Assembly (NCBI GenBank): GCA_964016885.1
Contig: OZ024740.1
Location: 258,726,001-258,790,000 of the forward strand
Direction of reading: 5' to 3'
DNA length: 64,000 nucleotides
Origin: Eledone cirrhosa
Taxonomy: Eukaryota
The position numbers and the translations under genes are program-made. The first letter of the stretch is position 1. The number at the start of each line of letters is the position of its first letter. This document shows positions 13,194-33,899 of the stretch, piece after piece. The notes under the pieces were generated by a model. That model saw nothing but the letters and a program-made list of their open reading frames with translations. It had not been told where the DNA came from and did not search any database.

Positions 13194-13678
13194 GTGTACA
13201 TTATTCGATATTTTCAGTAATTTGCAAAAACCATTCTCTCAAAAGAACATCAAAAACATTAATAATAGAAGGGGTGAAGTGATGTATAGTATTGTCATAA
13301 CACCAAGGTGTGTGTGAGTGTCCAGATTGTACGTACTGCAAGGGGAATCCATTAGGCCCTGCCGTATGGGAATACTTGTGTACAAATATGTATGTACCCA
13401 TCAGTGTGCAATGCATGTGTGCATATATGTATGTGTGTGTGTCGGCACGTTTATATCTATAGACATCAAAAGGTATGCAAATTTGTCTATATTTGTGTTG
13501 CACCATAGAACATATGTGTTTACGTATGTCATTGTGTTTATATGTGGATAGAAATGTATGTAGGATGTATGCTGATGTAGGTATGTATGTTGAGGTGTGT
13601 ATGCTGTGGGTTCGTCTTAGGGAGAAGTGTTTAGACGGAGTCCGTATTTATTAATAAAGTGAGATTCCTTGCTGATGC

Positions 13679-17870
<4,192 letters not shown>

Positions 17871-17915
17871 AAAATATCACAACTCGTGTGTTACACCTCT
17901 ATTCATTTAAATATA

Positions 17916-17954
<39 letters not shown>

Positions 17955-18380
17955 ACTTGACGGAGAGTTGACACATAGTTATTCGCATAGTTATCCACAT
18001 CAATACAACAAACGTAAATGAGTACCTTCAATTCATACCCGTACTCCAGTTTCGGCCACACTTAATGCAGCAATAGAGTGCACAACATCCACTGTTTGGA
18101 TTTATTATGCAACAAGCACGATTGATGCTCCTGCCATAATCACTCAGCCAACGTATCTCAAACACAAATTAACAAGCGAGTAAAAAATCGTTTATTGGAA
18201 AGAATCAGTCTCCAATCGCTAAACAATAGAATGGGAGCATTTGACTGCTGTCTCCAAGTCCCATGGCAAGAAATAGTGCGACAGTAACAATGGTAGTGCC
18301 TAAAACCTTTCCGGACATTAAATGCCAACAGGCGATTAGACCGCTATATAGAGTTCGGGCGCTGGTTAGAAATCTCTCTG

Positions 18381-18455
<75 letters not shown>

Positions 18456-18457
18456 AC

Positions 18458-18534
<77 letters not shown>

Positions 18535-19047
18535 AGAAAGTATATATATATATATACAGAGATATCCACGGTAAGTTGTGGGGTCTAGTCTGCATGAAGG
18601 ACTCAATGTAATCCATATGTTAAAAATGTTGTAGGTTAAAATAAATCCCGGAAAACAATAAAACATTAAAAGGAAAACAGAGTCATGATATAAGTTAAAA
18701 CAATGAAATAAAAATCAAGTCATTAGAAATATACTTCACTGCTTTACGATCGTTTCTAGGTGATGTTAATACATTGTAACCATACTTCGTTATCGATCTA
18801 TGTAAGGTTAGTTACAAAATATCAGATAAGGAAAATATTTACTTACATGTATATCACCAACTGTTGTCAAAAGCAATGAGAATTTTATTCAAAATTAGTA
18901 GTAAATTAGTAGTAAATTGAGTTCTATGACCTTATTTGGAGGTAGCTGAAGAACAAACCAATCAGATTGTTTTTTTCCCATATGATGTTAAGATGAAAAA
19001 TAATTCACTTTAGTTGAGGTCATGACCCTTTGAAAGGAATGGTTGAA

Positions 19048-19163
<116 letters not shown>

Positions 19164-19169
19164 ATATAC

Positions 19170-19275
19170 GATATTAATAAATGGAAACTATATTTATAAA
19201 ACCATATTTATTTCATTATACATATTTCAGGGATACCAAATTAAATTATGGTATGCCTTCATCAGACAAAATACA
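19170..19275 (-). ncRNA. Minimal hammerhead ribozyme in an orphan PLE pseudo-LTR
   Basis: Minus: tattttgt CTGATGA aggcatacca...tggtatccct GAAAT ATGT ATA atgaaata, followed by the same tail as 54220-54270. Confidence 0.75.
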
Positions 19276-19404
19276 ATATATAACAGTTTTACAAATAAGC
19301 TTTGACGTACCCTTTTAAAATGCGACCATTATACTTGTCGAATGCTTTATATCAGTTATAAAAATATTTACTTGATGTATCCCAACAATTTTAAATAGAA
19401 CTTT

Positions 19405-19499
<95 letters not shown>

Positions 19500-20135
19500 G
19501 GTAGTGTTTTCGATGCTCGGAGAGTGGGATTGGTCGAGTGCAAGGCCTTTCCCCACTTAAAAAACCTTCAAAGCACAGGCATTGCTTGTTCAGGATATGT
19601 TACAGGTTCGTGTGGCTGGCCGTAGCCTTAAAGTGCACCAAAAGTGCACTAAACTCTATAATCTGACAAGTGATTGCAATACTCTTAGCAGATTTTGTAG
19701 CCAACATATATATATATATAACTAGCTGTTGAAACTGCAAGAGCTCAGCCATTGGGTGTCGACTTTTTATTATATATATGTGTACGTGTGTGTGTTTGTG
19801 TGTGTGTGTGTGTGTGCCTGTGCGTTCGTGTGTGTGTATCTATTTATTTACACACTCACATATACACATATACACAGAAATACATGCATACATATATACA
19901 AAGATACATACACACCTACATACACACAACAATACATACACACATACGTAAATAAATACACACATAAACCGAAACAGTCAAGAACAGTGAATTCATTGAT
20001 GTACTACAGAACTGGTGTCGTCTACTCCAAGAATTCTGGCGCCACACAGAAAACATACCACCCTTACTTGCTTTCAATTCGATCTGAGATCTAAGAATGC
20101 CTAACTTTCTTCTCCCTCAAAGTGTTATGTAGTTT

Positions 20136-20210
<75 letters not shown>

Positions 20211-20237
20211 GTGTGTGTGTGTGCGTGTGTTTGTTTG

Positions 20238-20270
<33 letters not shown>

Positions 20271-20271
20271 T

Positions 20272-20321
<50 letters not shown>

Positions 20322-20327
20322 AACGTA

Positions 20328-20359
<32 letters not shown>

Positions 20360-20400
20360 AACGTATATATATATGTGTGTAGATATACAGATATATGTAA

Positions 20401-20433
<33 letters not shown>

Positions 20434-20549
20434 TATATATATACATATATATATACTTATATATGTGTATGTGTGTTTGTATATACACTTAGATTGATAG
20501 CCATATAGATATATAGATATGTATCTGTGTATGCTAAAACAATGAATAA

Positions 20550-20830
20550 TCAACAGGAAGTAGAATCACCACCACTACCGCAATCATCATCACCAACACC
20601 ATAAACATCACTATCGCTACCACCATTATCACAACCTCCACCATCACTATCATCATCAATATCACCTCCAACACTATCATATTCATTACCTCTTCCACTA
20701 CAACAACCACCACCGCTACCAACATCATCACCACCTATCGCAACCTTCACAACCACGATCATCACCAATATCGCCGCCAACGCTATCACACTCATTACTT
20801 CAACCACAACAACCCTCATCATTATCATAA
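20550..20830. repeat. Degenerate (CAT/CAC)n trinucleotide tract
   Basis: Directly visible low-complexity sequence. Confidence 0.85.
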
Positions 20831-21033
20831 ACAAAAACAAGAATACATCAATGAATACACAGTGGTTCATTACAACATATCTATTCTGTACGATATGTAA
20901 AATACATGGTCAGAAGAGTGGCTCGCGTGAGGTGGGGAGGGAGGGTTGCTGAGACAGAATGAAAAAGAAAAAAAAAATGATTAAAAATACGAAAGGAAAA
21001 CTAAGGAAAACATGAACGAAAGCAATATATATA

Positions 21034-21116
<83 letters not shown>

Positions 21117-21284
21117 GGACTGTAACGTGAAGTTACTGTAGTTTCACCCAGGTGTCACTCGATATTTAGGTTCACGTCAGTGGCGAGGTGTAGAGCTAGA
21201 CGTAATGAAGGCTTAACAAATCGTCCTTGTATTAATATATATATATATATATATATAAATATATATATATAAATATATATATAT

Positions 21285-21322
<38 letters not shown>

Positions 21323-21337
21323 ATATATATAAATATA

Positions 21338-21397
<60 letters not shown>

Positions 21398-21623
21398 TCA
21401 AAATCTTTTCCCTTGCTATGGCAATGCGGCTGGACTGCCGGCCGCTATATTGGATTTGCAAATCTGTCTAAACGTATTGTTATAACTCTGGGGTATTATT
21501 CTCCATCGAGTGCTAAAGCTACATTCCGACATTCCGAAACTGCATTCGTTAGCTTAGCCGCAGCCTAAAGCTTCGTTAATGCTGTACTAAATTTTATATA
21601 TATATTTATATATATATATATAC

Positions 21624-21822
<199 letters not shown>

Positions 21823-22356
21823 CGTGTGCACAATCGCACACGTATATCTCCACAAAATAAAGAAGCCGATCGTAAGATTGGACCAAGGAAACAATTGTTG
21901 TTCCGTTTCTCTGCTTTTTGATACGAAACATCTTGTACAACACTTTAAAGACCTCATCAATCTACCGAACATTGACTGATATTTTTATTAAGGGCCCTGC
22001 ACAGAAGAAGGACAAAGTTTGTTTTCGGCTGGATTTAAACTCAAAGCAGACTACCGGAACAGATGCCAAGTGTTTTAATCTAACGACTCGACCACTTTGT
22101 TGCCTAAATAAACCAACACAATATATAATCCTTAGATAAATGGACGCTCTTACACAACTCCAACCGAAATTACTGGTACCAATATTTACATGTATATATA
22201 TATGTGTGTGGATAAGTCAATGTCTTGATTTTTTTTTTAATTGAGTTTGAATTATTTTCCCACATCTGACGTTAACTATTTTTCCATTTTGACGTTTATA
22301 GTCACTTATATATTATGAAATACTGTTGGCTTCACGCTCACAATAATTTCTATACA

Positions 22357-22445
<89 letters not shown>

Positions 22446-22499
22446 ATATGTGTGTGGGTGTGTGTGTAATCTATCGTGATTTGCTAAAAAGATTATAAA

Positions 22500-24320
22500 A
22501 TGTTGTGGTGTATATTTATTTATTTCACTAACTTAACTCAACTTGGCCGGATACGCATGTTTCACTGACAGCAATTCACCTGTCCGACCATTTAAAAATT
22601 ATTGCGGTCCCTATTGTCCATTGCAAAAAGTTCTAAAAATGAGTGGGGAAAGAGTGAAATGTACAAAAAAGCTTGTCAGAAAGTGATAAGTTGTAACCAA
22701 GGCAGATCTGTGAGAAAAAATCTCTAATAATTAGATGGCTTAATAGAGAAGGAAATAGGACATTTTGTGGGTTGGGGCAATTATGTAGGTTATGAGTTAA
22801 TAAAGAGAAAGATGTGAAAAGTGCATGAGTGGGAGATAACAAAATAAAGATGGTAAAAATTATGAGCTAACTTAAGTTAATTTTTGATGTTAATCAAGTG
22901 GAGTGTTTAATAAATTTTTTTAGATTCATAAAAAGAGACCGGTGTCTGTGATCGGTGTGTGAGATCCACGGTATCCTGTTTTTAGTCCAGATGTTTCCGG
23001 TTGTTTAGATTATACCTCAACACCTTCGGGCAGCGGTTAAAAAAAACTGACCCCAGATTCAGACAATTGTCGGTGTTGTGCAACGTTTTGAGCATGCTAT
23101 ATTTTTCGGCAGTGCACAAATGACACGACTCCGTTCTAATCTTATAGGGTCTTGATCTTTCCAGAATATTTCATTAATGGTGAGATCCGTGCAGCTGTCC
23201 TTGAAGGCCCATATGCGATTTGTAATTTTCGTAGTGAATCTTTTTTTTTTATGTCTGAAGGTCATTTCATGATAAAGGAAACGATTTTTAAAACGGCCAT
23301 CAGACATTCTGGTTTGGTTAGGTGGAGGTGACTTTGGTTTTATATATCACGGTGGGTATGATGCGTACTTCGTCAAAGAGGCGTATTTTTGGCCTTCTGC
23401 GCAAGTAATCTGGTGTGGGCTAGCTCTTGATATTGTTCGTAACATGGGATTTTATAGTCGTGGTATAAAAATAGCCCAGTTTTGCAGTATGGTAGTTGCA
23501 GATCTGTATACAGGTTATTGTGCATTTATGAAAGCTAATAATTTCTTCCCTATGTTGGTCATAACATTAAAGAAGAAGGAGTTGTGAACGATACAATTTT
23601 TCTAGCTCTCCTATTCCTGTTGCTAGTCATAAAATGTTATTCAGGGGAGTAGGAAGTAGGAAATGTAAAACCGCCGATTGCTAGGGTGATATTACAATAG
23701 GGGGCTGCACGATCGAAAATGGCTGTGTTAACTACTAAGTAATGTTAAATACTAAGAAGATGCGACCATACGACTAAGATAGAAAATACTGTTCTTACAT
23801 GGAAATCTCCCAGAAACAACCGACGTTTTCAACCCAGGAGCCACGAATTACCCCACAGTGTTAAACATCTCTTTTCTAGGTAGATGTTCTTAACTTAGTT
23901 GCTCTTTCCGTAAGTAATCTTTCCGTAAGTACTTGCTTTACATGAATTTCAAATATAAGAAAGCTGATCATAACACTTATAACGACATCAGCGAAGAGGC
24001 CTAATTGTAACCCACCACTCTTAACGGAGGAATAAAGATACAATGTTTAGCCAAAAGAGAAGCCTTCATTCTCACTAAAAGCCCATAAACAGGATTTTAC
24101 AAATAAACTCATCCGCTGGCTTATTAAGCTTGCCCGAACTTAAATAGACATAGTTAACAAGCGCATAGTTAACAAGCGCATAGTTAAAAAAACTAATCAT
24201 GCCGATAATATCTCATTCACAATGTAATATAAGAAAAACAAACATTTCAAAATGGCCGGACTGATGAATTACTCTCAATCAAACACGTGTATCCGGTCAA
24301 TTAGGCTAGTGTAATAAGTA
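22500..24320 (-). mobile_element. Old PLE (Naiad-like) with inverted HHR-bearing ends
   Basis: ORF 23059-23307 (FKNRFLYHEMTFRH...IWAFKD) matches the endonuclease of the 61468 ORF. Decayed HHRs occur at 22545-22590 (-) and 24255-24297 (+, gccgga CTGATGA...cAAAC ACGT GTA tccggt). Confidence 0.65.
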
Positions 24321-24330
24321 ATTATATATG

Positions 24331-24439
<109 letters not shown>

Positions 24440-24736
24440 CTGTGTGTGGAGTCTGTGTGGAGTGTGTGTGGAGAGAGAAGGAGAGAGATAATGAGAGGGG
24501 GATATTGCATTGATTATATATATATATATATATATATATATTAATGTTAGGGCAGATGTTATATAATCGTATTTATTTAATAATACGGAGCTCAGTGACG
24601 CCAGCGTGGAGCTGTTATTCGATCATGACAACAACAACCGGTACCGGTGTGATCACATGTTAACACAATTACGTGATGGAATGGATATGCCACAGGGTAA
24701 CGCTTCCATATATATATATATATGGGGGGGGTGCGC

Positions 24737-24835
<99 letters not shown>

Positions 24836-24838
24836 TGT

Positions 24839-24887
<49 letters not shown>

Positions 24888-25569
24888 AACCAAAGTTTTA
24901 GCTGTCGGAAAGCAAATGCTGTTCCATATGTTTGAGGTAATCACAAAGCACTCAATAGAGGGAAACATTTTTTTAAGTTTAACGTCCAGAGTAAACACAA
25001 CAGTTAAAAAGTGTGACACCAAGAAAACCGATCGAAGGCTCTAGCCATACATATATCACAACAACAACAGAGACAGAAAGAGCTAAACTTATCTGAACCA
25101 TCTCTGACTGATTAAAATTGATATAATTGATAAAATAAATTCTCAGATAGGTTTCTGGGAACCTAAAAAGTTACATAACAAGTTGCATAATACACATGCA
25201 ATAGATGTGTGCATTTCCACGATCGAACTAGAGCAGGTTTTGTTCATATCCAAATTTTAGTTTTGCGACACACACACATACATATGTCCGTTTATGTACC
25301 TGTGTGTGTTTATAAATGTGGGCATGTGTGTGTTCTGTCTTAAATAGTTCAACTTCCAAAAGCTGTTCGATCGTACTGTAGAGCATAATCTAATCAGCAG
25401 CACGAACCTAAGCCATCGTAGATTTGCATTCAAAATATTCGGACTCTCTTAGATAAATGGTGGCAGATTGGTCGAATTGTTAGATGGTGATATAAGTTTT
25501 GAGTTCACATCCTGCAGATATCAAGTTTGATGAGATATTGTATCAGTCAAGTACTACTTTGTCTGACTC

Positions 25570-25820
25570 AAGCCGTTGCTTATCTCGGTTTCGTGTCGTA
25601 AAGCGACTGAGAGTACAATACCCCCACTGAACAGGACGCCAGTGTATTGCAGCGTTAAACCCCACCACCAGCTATTGCTGGTTCTCATATTCAGCTGAGT
25701 TTACTGGAGTAACGTAAAATGAAGTGTTTTGCTGAAGAACGCAACACACAACACAGCCCAGGAATCGAACCCACATTATGATCGTAAGTTCAACACCATT
25801 ACTACTAGGCCACACGTCTC
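25570..25820 (-). mobile_element. SINE family B copy
   Basis: Minus head GTGTGGCCTAGTAGT...GGTTCGATTCCTGGG; body shared with 29520-29860. Confidence 0.7.
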
Positions 25821-26247
25821 CAAATAGTAGGGTCAATTTACTTGACTTACTCTCTCGCCATTCCATATGTCTGGCCTTACGCTTCTCTTGGAAGTAATTA
25901 TTACTCTTCATAAATAAATGTTACGTCTTTTGCATGAACTAATATCTAAGTCGGTGCCAAGATAATTAATGTAATGGCATTTCAATTACATAAAATTAAA
26001 TCTGTAGTGAAAAGGAAATTGAAAAGACACACTAGATTAATTATTAACTCTGATCATGAACAGAAGGGGAGATAACTGCAAATGTTCAATTAATTACAAT
26101 TAAATTTATCATTCTAATCTAGTCTGTGACACCGTACACTCCTTGGAATAATACAGGTGGTTGGAGAACAAATGGATGGAAATATAGTGGAAATACAAAT
26201 ATTATAGATTCTCAGGCACATACATATACATACACCCGCCCGGGAAA

Positions 26248-27355
<1,108 letters not shown>

Positions 27356-27797
27356 TGTGCCTTGTTCTTGATGGTTATGATGCTTATGAAAATAATGACC
27401 ATGTTATGCATGCTCGTGGTGTTGTCGATGGTGATAGGGATGATGGCAATGATGATGAGGATAATGATGATGTATTTATGTATGTATATATGTAAATCTA
27501 ATTAGAGCACATAAGAGGTGTGGGGGTAGAAGCTATAAATAAATAAAAGCCGTCTGCAGATTGTATGTCCTGAACAAGAACTGACGTGATTACGGCAAAG
27601 ATAATGGACGTCGGTTGAGTTTGCTTGTTAATAATGGAACACTTTGTTCCCCGCTTAACGGAATAACGCTCCAGTGGCGCCATTACTTCCATAGTATGTC
27701 AAATGATCGTGGCTCTATGGCTGATCACACACACACATTCACACACACGCACATACATACATACATACATACATACATGCATACATACATACATACA

Positions 27798-27828
<31 letters not shown>

Positions 27829-27893
27829 GTGTGTTTGTGTGTATTTATGCATATGTATATCTATCTATCTATCTCTCTCTATATATATATATT

Positions 27894-28017
<124 letters not shown>

Positions 28018-28439
28018 CATGTATATATATATATATATGTATACACACACTTATATATGCATATATACATATACGTATATGTATTCATATATTTCCATAT
28101 AAATATCCATATCCATATATATATTATGTAAATGTGAATTTTTATATATGTGTATATATACTTATATGTGTGTGTGTGTGTGTGTGTGCGTCTGTGTGTG
28201 CGTAAGTGTGTGTACGCGAGTGTGAGTGTATATACACATATATATATATGTAAAAATATATCTATAGGAAAGTGCTACCACCCCCATACACAATTTCTAG
28301 CCTTCTAGAAGATTCTGTGTTTCCCCAAATATAACTGCTTATATCCTCCTTCGACTAATATCTATTTTTTTCAGAAATCTGATAAAACACCCAATTTTCT
28401 GTACGCTAAACTGAATCCCATCTTAATCCACTTTAACTG

Positions 28440-28805
28440 TCATTAGGGTCGGACACCATGCTTTGACGCAAAGAGTTACAGCCCTTTACGATCTGAGTTC
28501 AAATCCCGCCGAGATTAACTTTGCCTTTCATCCTTACGGGGTCGATAAAATAAAGTACCAGTAATGTACTGGGTGATTGCTGGCTTTGTGCCAAAAGTAG
28601 AAGCAATTATTTCAAGGTCGATGAATTGGCAGTATCTGTAGAGGGCCGGACGCCGCTTTCCAGCATAGTTACGTCCCTTTACGGTCTGAGTTCAAATCCC
28701 GTCAAGATTAACTTTGCATTTCATCCTTACGGGGTTGATAAAATAAAGTACCAGTAATGTACTGGGTAATTGCTGGCCTTGTGCCAAAAGTAGAAACAAT
28801 TATTT
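28440..28805 (+). mobile_element. Head-to-tail dimer of SINE family A
   Basis: Two units of about 180 bp, each with GAGTTCAAATCCCG and ending GTGCCAAAAGTAGAA(G/A)CAATTATT. Confidence 0.88.
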
Positions 28806-28871
28806 CAAGGTCGATAAATAAAGCACCATTTCAATTCTGGGATCTATTCTTTGCCGCTGACTTTTCCTCTC

Positions 28872-28946
<75 letters not shown>

Positions 28947-29519
28947 ATATATATATATATTTCTTTTCAAATGTGAAACTAAAACGGTTCAAAACAAAAA
29001 CGAACGATCCATGTGTTCTTCTTTGGCTGGTCTACGTGTCTGTCTATTTGTCAGTCATTTGTTACAAATCTCACAATGATCCGTATTAACTATGCTACTT
29101 TATAAATAAATTAAATTGTATGATAAATAAATGCCTGTATATGCGTTGATTAAGTGTGTTCTCTACATATATAAAATATTAATTATAAGTTTTATAGAAA
29201 ACCGTTTAAACCCTTCTTCATAAAATAAGAACTAAAACATTTATAAAATAAACGAAGCTCTGTTCAGTAAGGAATATAGAAATAATTTAGCAGCTGAAAC
29301 TATAGACAAATTAACAAACAATTTAACACAATATATATAACAAAATAACAGACAGTATAAGTACATAAACTACACATAAAATATATTACATACACCTAAT
29401 GCGTGCTTCCTGTAAAATAGAGGAAGTCGTTATCAAGACGCTTAGCAAACAGAAGGCATATATTTTACCTCATTATGTACTAACGTAAATAATATATCTA
29501 AAAAGCCGAAAGTCTATCT

Positions 29520-29860
29520 CGAACCCGGAGGTTCATCAGGCCAGTGCTTATTTCCCCACACACAGACACACCTGGAGAGAACGCCAGTCTATCGTAGGAT
29601 TAAAATCTGTCTCGAGCCCAGAGGCTCACCTGTCTGGTGTTTATTTCGTTTTCCATAGCGTTAAGCGACTGAGAGTGCAATACTCCATCACGCTGGACAG
29701 GACGCCAGTCCTTCGCAGTGTTAAACCCCCAACTACTACTGTTACTTATTTCTAGCTGAGTATACTGGAGCAACGTGAAATGAAATGTTTTGTTCAGGAG
29801 CACAACAAACAACCTAGTCGAACAACCGAACCCAACACACTTACCACTTGGCCACTATCT
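29520..29860 (-). mobile_element. SINE family B copy
   Basis: AAGCGACTGAGAGT...GGACGCCAGT...AGCTGAGT...GAGCAACGTGAAATGAA shared with the 25570 copy. Confidence 0.65.
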
Positions 29861-31182
29861 ACGGATAACAAATCACAGCTTGGAGGTTAATGAATAAACT
29901 TTCAATATTTTAATGTAATTTTACAATCGGACAAACATGTAAGGCATGTATTAAACAGGTGACCATGCATCCACAACAAGGAACCATTTATACGATCAAT
30001 AACATAAAAGTAGCGGCGAATAGACAGAGTCGATAGAGCGTCTGTATTTGTTCCGGTTAACTATTCATCGAGGTCAAATTTGCCTTTCCTCCTGGGGGTC
30101 ACGATAATGTCCCAGTCAAATGGCAGTGGATTGGCGGAATTATTAAAGAGTCGGACAGGATGCTATGTGGTATTTTACCCGTCTCTTTGTATTCTGAGTT
30201 ACAATCCGTCTCATTCTACCAGGACTTGTGACCAGTAGATTGTATCAATAATGAAAAGACAAATCGAAAGTTGGTTTCCCTGGACAGTTCTAACCACCAG
30301 CTCTTTTGCTTTCCTTTTTCATCTTTGATAAAATATTGCCAAACCACTCAAATTCAAAATCTGTTTCTCGACAGCAAACTTCAATCTACAGGTTACTTCA
30401 ATAAATTTTCGATATTTTAAAGTAATTTCCAAATTGAACATTCATGTATGTAAAGTACTATTTCACCAACTGACCATTTATCTACAAGAAAATGGAGAAA
30501 TGGCATACTCGTTTGAGTCTCGGACACTATGACGTGCCATATATATTTTTGTTCTGTGATCTCTGAGTTAGAAAACGATTGAAAACCATGAGTTCGTGAA
30601 AGATCTGCCATATATAGAATTGTACCCCTAAAATACAAAGTTGCGATGTATAACCTTTATTTATTTTCTTTTTTTATTAGTTTGGTCTGAAAGAAGAAAT
30701 TTGTGCCCATGACCTTCACAAAATACTCAGATAGGCGTAACTTAATAACACATTTGATATTACTCATGACTTGTCCGATGAACTTGACACGAAGGATTAA
30801 AACAATTTAATTATTCCGTTAACATATATTTAATGAATTACGCTGCTTATTATTTAAAAGAAAAACAAATGAAAATAATCAAGCATTTGGAGCGATTTTT
30901 GGTCCTATAATTAACTTTTTAATTATTAACCTGGTATAAGGAACATTTTTTCGGTCATTACACAAGATTCATGAACATAGGTAACGGTTGGCACGAATAC
31001 CGAATTAAAAATAACGTATAATGTTGGTTTCAATAATTGTTGCTGTTCATGTTAAAGTTAATATGTTTTATGAAGTAGCTCGTAATGATTAAATTTGGCC
31101 TGAGTTTGTTTTGGACGTCTTCTTACCTGTTAATTTGTCACGCTTTGTCGTTGCTAACCGTAACAAAATGCATTATTAACAA

Positions 31183-31365
31183 ATAATTGTTTCGACTTTT
31201 GGCACAAGGCCAGCAATTATGCCAGTGTATTACTGGTACTTTATTTAATCGACCCCGTAAGGATGAAAGGCAAAGTTAACCTCGGCGGGATTTGAACTCA
31301 GTCCGTAAAGGGACCTAACTGTGCTGCAAAGCATGGCGTCCGACACTCTACCGATACTCCCAATC
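31183..31365 (-). mobile_element. SINE family A, near full length
   Basis: High similarity to 9880-10070. Confidence 0.88.
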
Positions 31366-31849
31366 CGACACACAAAAGGCAACATTTTTTACATGCACTT
31401 GAGCGGGAGGAGGGATAATCCCAACCAAAATTCGTATGTGTACGTATACCTTTGTAGATAAGTGTGTGTGGGTCCATGCGTGAAGATGCAAGTTTTAAAA
31501 CAGTCATATTAAAGAGCTGGATGTCAATGAAAACCTAATCTTTTGCAGTATCTAGTTTGTACCCTACATGTGATGGATGAGACATTTGACACAACGCAAA
31601 AGCAAAAGATATCCGAAGCAAATCCACGATGAGTTATTTCACTCCTGCCAGTACGAAATGCAACACATTTGAGTATATATATATTTTAACATCTGCTATT
31701 GTAGCTGTTACGTGCGTTTCAGTAATTAATTGAGTGTATGTTTCGAGGTCTCTCATCTAAAAGAATGTACCCAGACGTTTGAAATTTAGTAGCAAAGATG
31801 GTCATCAGAAGTGTTTTGTCAGTGGTGGTCATAAATGGTGGTGCTTGAT

Positions 31850-32140
31850 ATATAGATCCTATGTATGGCGGGGAGCTGGTTTAAGGAACGCTTCCTGAAT
31901 CATCAGTCGATCTTCAGATACCTGAACAAACGATCGCCCACGAAGCTCGCGAGCCACGTATGGTCCCTCAAGTACACAGGCGCAGATTACTCCATCCAAT
32001 GGAAAACTATTACCAAGTCTAAGCCATACACAAATGTGAATCCATTTTGTGGGCCGCGCATTGAAAAAAGGATCGATATCCTGAGAAATTACGTAATAGC
32101 GCTTGCCTAAATTCAAGGAATTAACTTTTTTCACGCTGTC
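31850..32140 (+). mobile_element. PLE (Naiad-like) endonuclease fragment
   Basis: [14 protein letters not shown]...[11 protein letters not shown]...YSIQWK...PY aligns by eye with the C-terminus of the 61468 ORF. Confidence 0.75.
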
Positions 32141-32147
32141 CACACAC

Positions 32148-32239
<92 letters not shown>

Positions 32240-32256
32240 ATATATACATGTATGTT

Positions 32257-32309
<53 letters not shown>

Positions 32310-32311
<2 letters not shown>

Positions 32312-33010
32312 CTAGCGTCCGAAACGTTAAGACCCTCTTCCTGATATATCAAACGTTAACCTAATATATCCCTTCCATATACTGTTATTTCTGTTTACCT
32401 TTTACATATGTATATATATCAACGCTTACGTGGACCTCTCAAGATTCGTTGGATTTTCTGATTGGATTTTCACCTCAAAATTGGATACCAACCCGGAGTA
32501 CACTTGAACTTCCACCAGGAAATCTTTCGTATCTTTGAAATTTTCTTTGCGTCTTGCATTTAAATATTCCACGACTCTCTACCACTTTTCCTCTACTACA
32601 ATCTTCTTACACCATCTCCTTCTTCTCACCCGTCTAATTTTCACTCCCACCCTAGTACCTTCAATATGCCCAATCTCAAATATTTTCTCCGCCAGCTCCA
32701 TTCTACTTTCAAGCGCTTCCTGCAACCTCCATGCATCTACCTCCAACCTATATGCATCCAATCCTCCCTGCATCTCTCCAACCTCATCTTCACCAAATCA
32801 CGATGGGCCTGTTATTTTTATTTAAAGACATTTTTTCCAATTCCATCCCGACCGTCTCCTCAATATATCTTATTTCTCATTCTTTCTTCTGATGAAGGAC
32901 TAGAGTCCGAAATGTTTAAGACCCTCTTCCTGCTATATCAAGCGTTAACCTAATATATCCCTTACATATACTGTACCGATTGTGTTGTTATTTCTGTTTA
33001 CCTTTTACAT
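32310..33010 (+). mobile_element. PLE 3' end with partial-tandem pseudo-LTR and HHR
   Basis: 32310-32410 repeats 32900-33010. HHR core tCTGATGAaGGAC taga GTCC GAAA at 32889-32913. Upstream RLIFTPTLVP resembles a PLE C-terminus. Confidence 0.7.
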
Positions 33011-33042
<32 letters not shown>

Positions 33043-33211
33043 TTATATATTAGTTATGTAATAAACAACATAAGATGATTATTTCATTTACCAGTGGTTT
33101 CTTGAAAGTAGATATATCTGTTTTCAGTCGTCAGAATGAATAAAACATGGTCTATAGCCAACATAGAGCACTCTATTTTCCTGTACCTTTCCGACGGAAT
33201 TTCTTCATTCA

Positions 33212-33326
<115 letters not shown>

Positions 33327-33385
33327 GGTGTTGGATGCATAAAGCGGTAGGCCGTTTGAGCACTCGATGCTCTCAGAGCAGAGTA

Positions 33386-33657
33386 TGATATCACAAAAAA
33401 TAAGAGAATCAGTGTTGCGACGATGGAATTTATTGGACATATTACAATCCTTTCTCTGGCGACCAGCTCGAGGCACAATCGATGTGATGATCGAACCTGA
33501 CTCTGAAAATCGCATGGTCCTCAGATCCGTCTTGATTCTACGAGTCAGGTTCGATCATCACATCGATCGTGCCTCGAGCTGGTCACCAGAGAAACGATTG
33601 TAATATGTCTAATATATTCCATTCGTCGCAACACTGATTCTCTTTTTTTGTGATATA
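33386..33657. repeat. About 270-bp imperfect palindrome
   Basis: ATATCACAAAAAA..GAGAATCAGTGTTGCGACG...GAACCTGACTC is mirrored by GAGTCAGGTTC...CGTCGCAACACTGATTCTC..TTTTGTGATAT. Confidence 0.92.
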
Positions 33658-33899
33658 TATATATATACATAAACGCCAGCACCAACAGTTTTGCAAGGGG
33701 TGTCAACATCAATGGACCTGTTATTTTTCGTCCAATTAGCGTATCCGTTGTACCTTACTTACTCTAGAGATGAATCCCTTGCCGTTCTCGAAAGAAACAT
33801 ACTTGAATTTATTACAAAAATCCAGGTCTATTATAGCTCCCACCCCTTTCTTTAACTAAATCCAGTTCCAATCTAATGTAAAGGGTGGGAAAATAATAC

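Larger units (their letters stand above)
11346..13678 (-). repeat. Inverted upstream copy of the PLE 3' end (pseudo-LTR), interrupted by a MITE
   Basis: 11346-12127 plus 13194-13678 is the reverse complement of about 16340-17870. Confidence 0.92.

Noticed and set aside
17950-18360. Possible further GIY-YIG remnant (also 3370-3720)
   Set aside because: Too decayed to support by eye.
18740-18830. HHR (minus GAAAC GATC GTA; similar at 58945 and 9410-9455)
   Set aside because: The CTGANGA core or GAAA is missing or decayed; not counted as a ribozyme.
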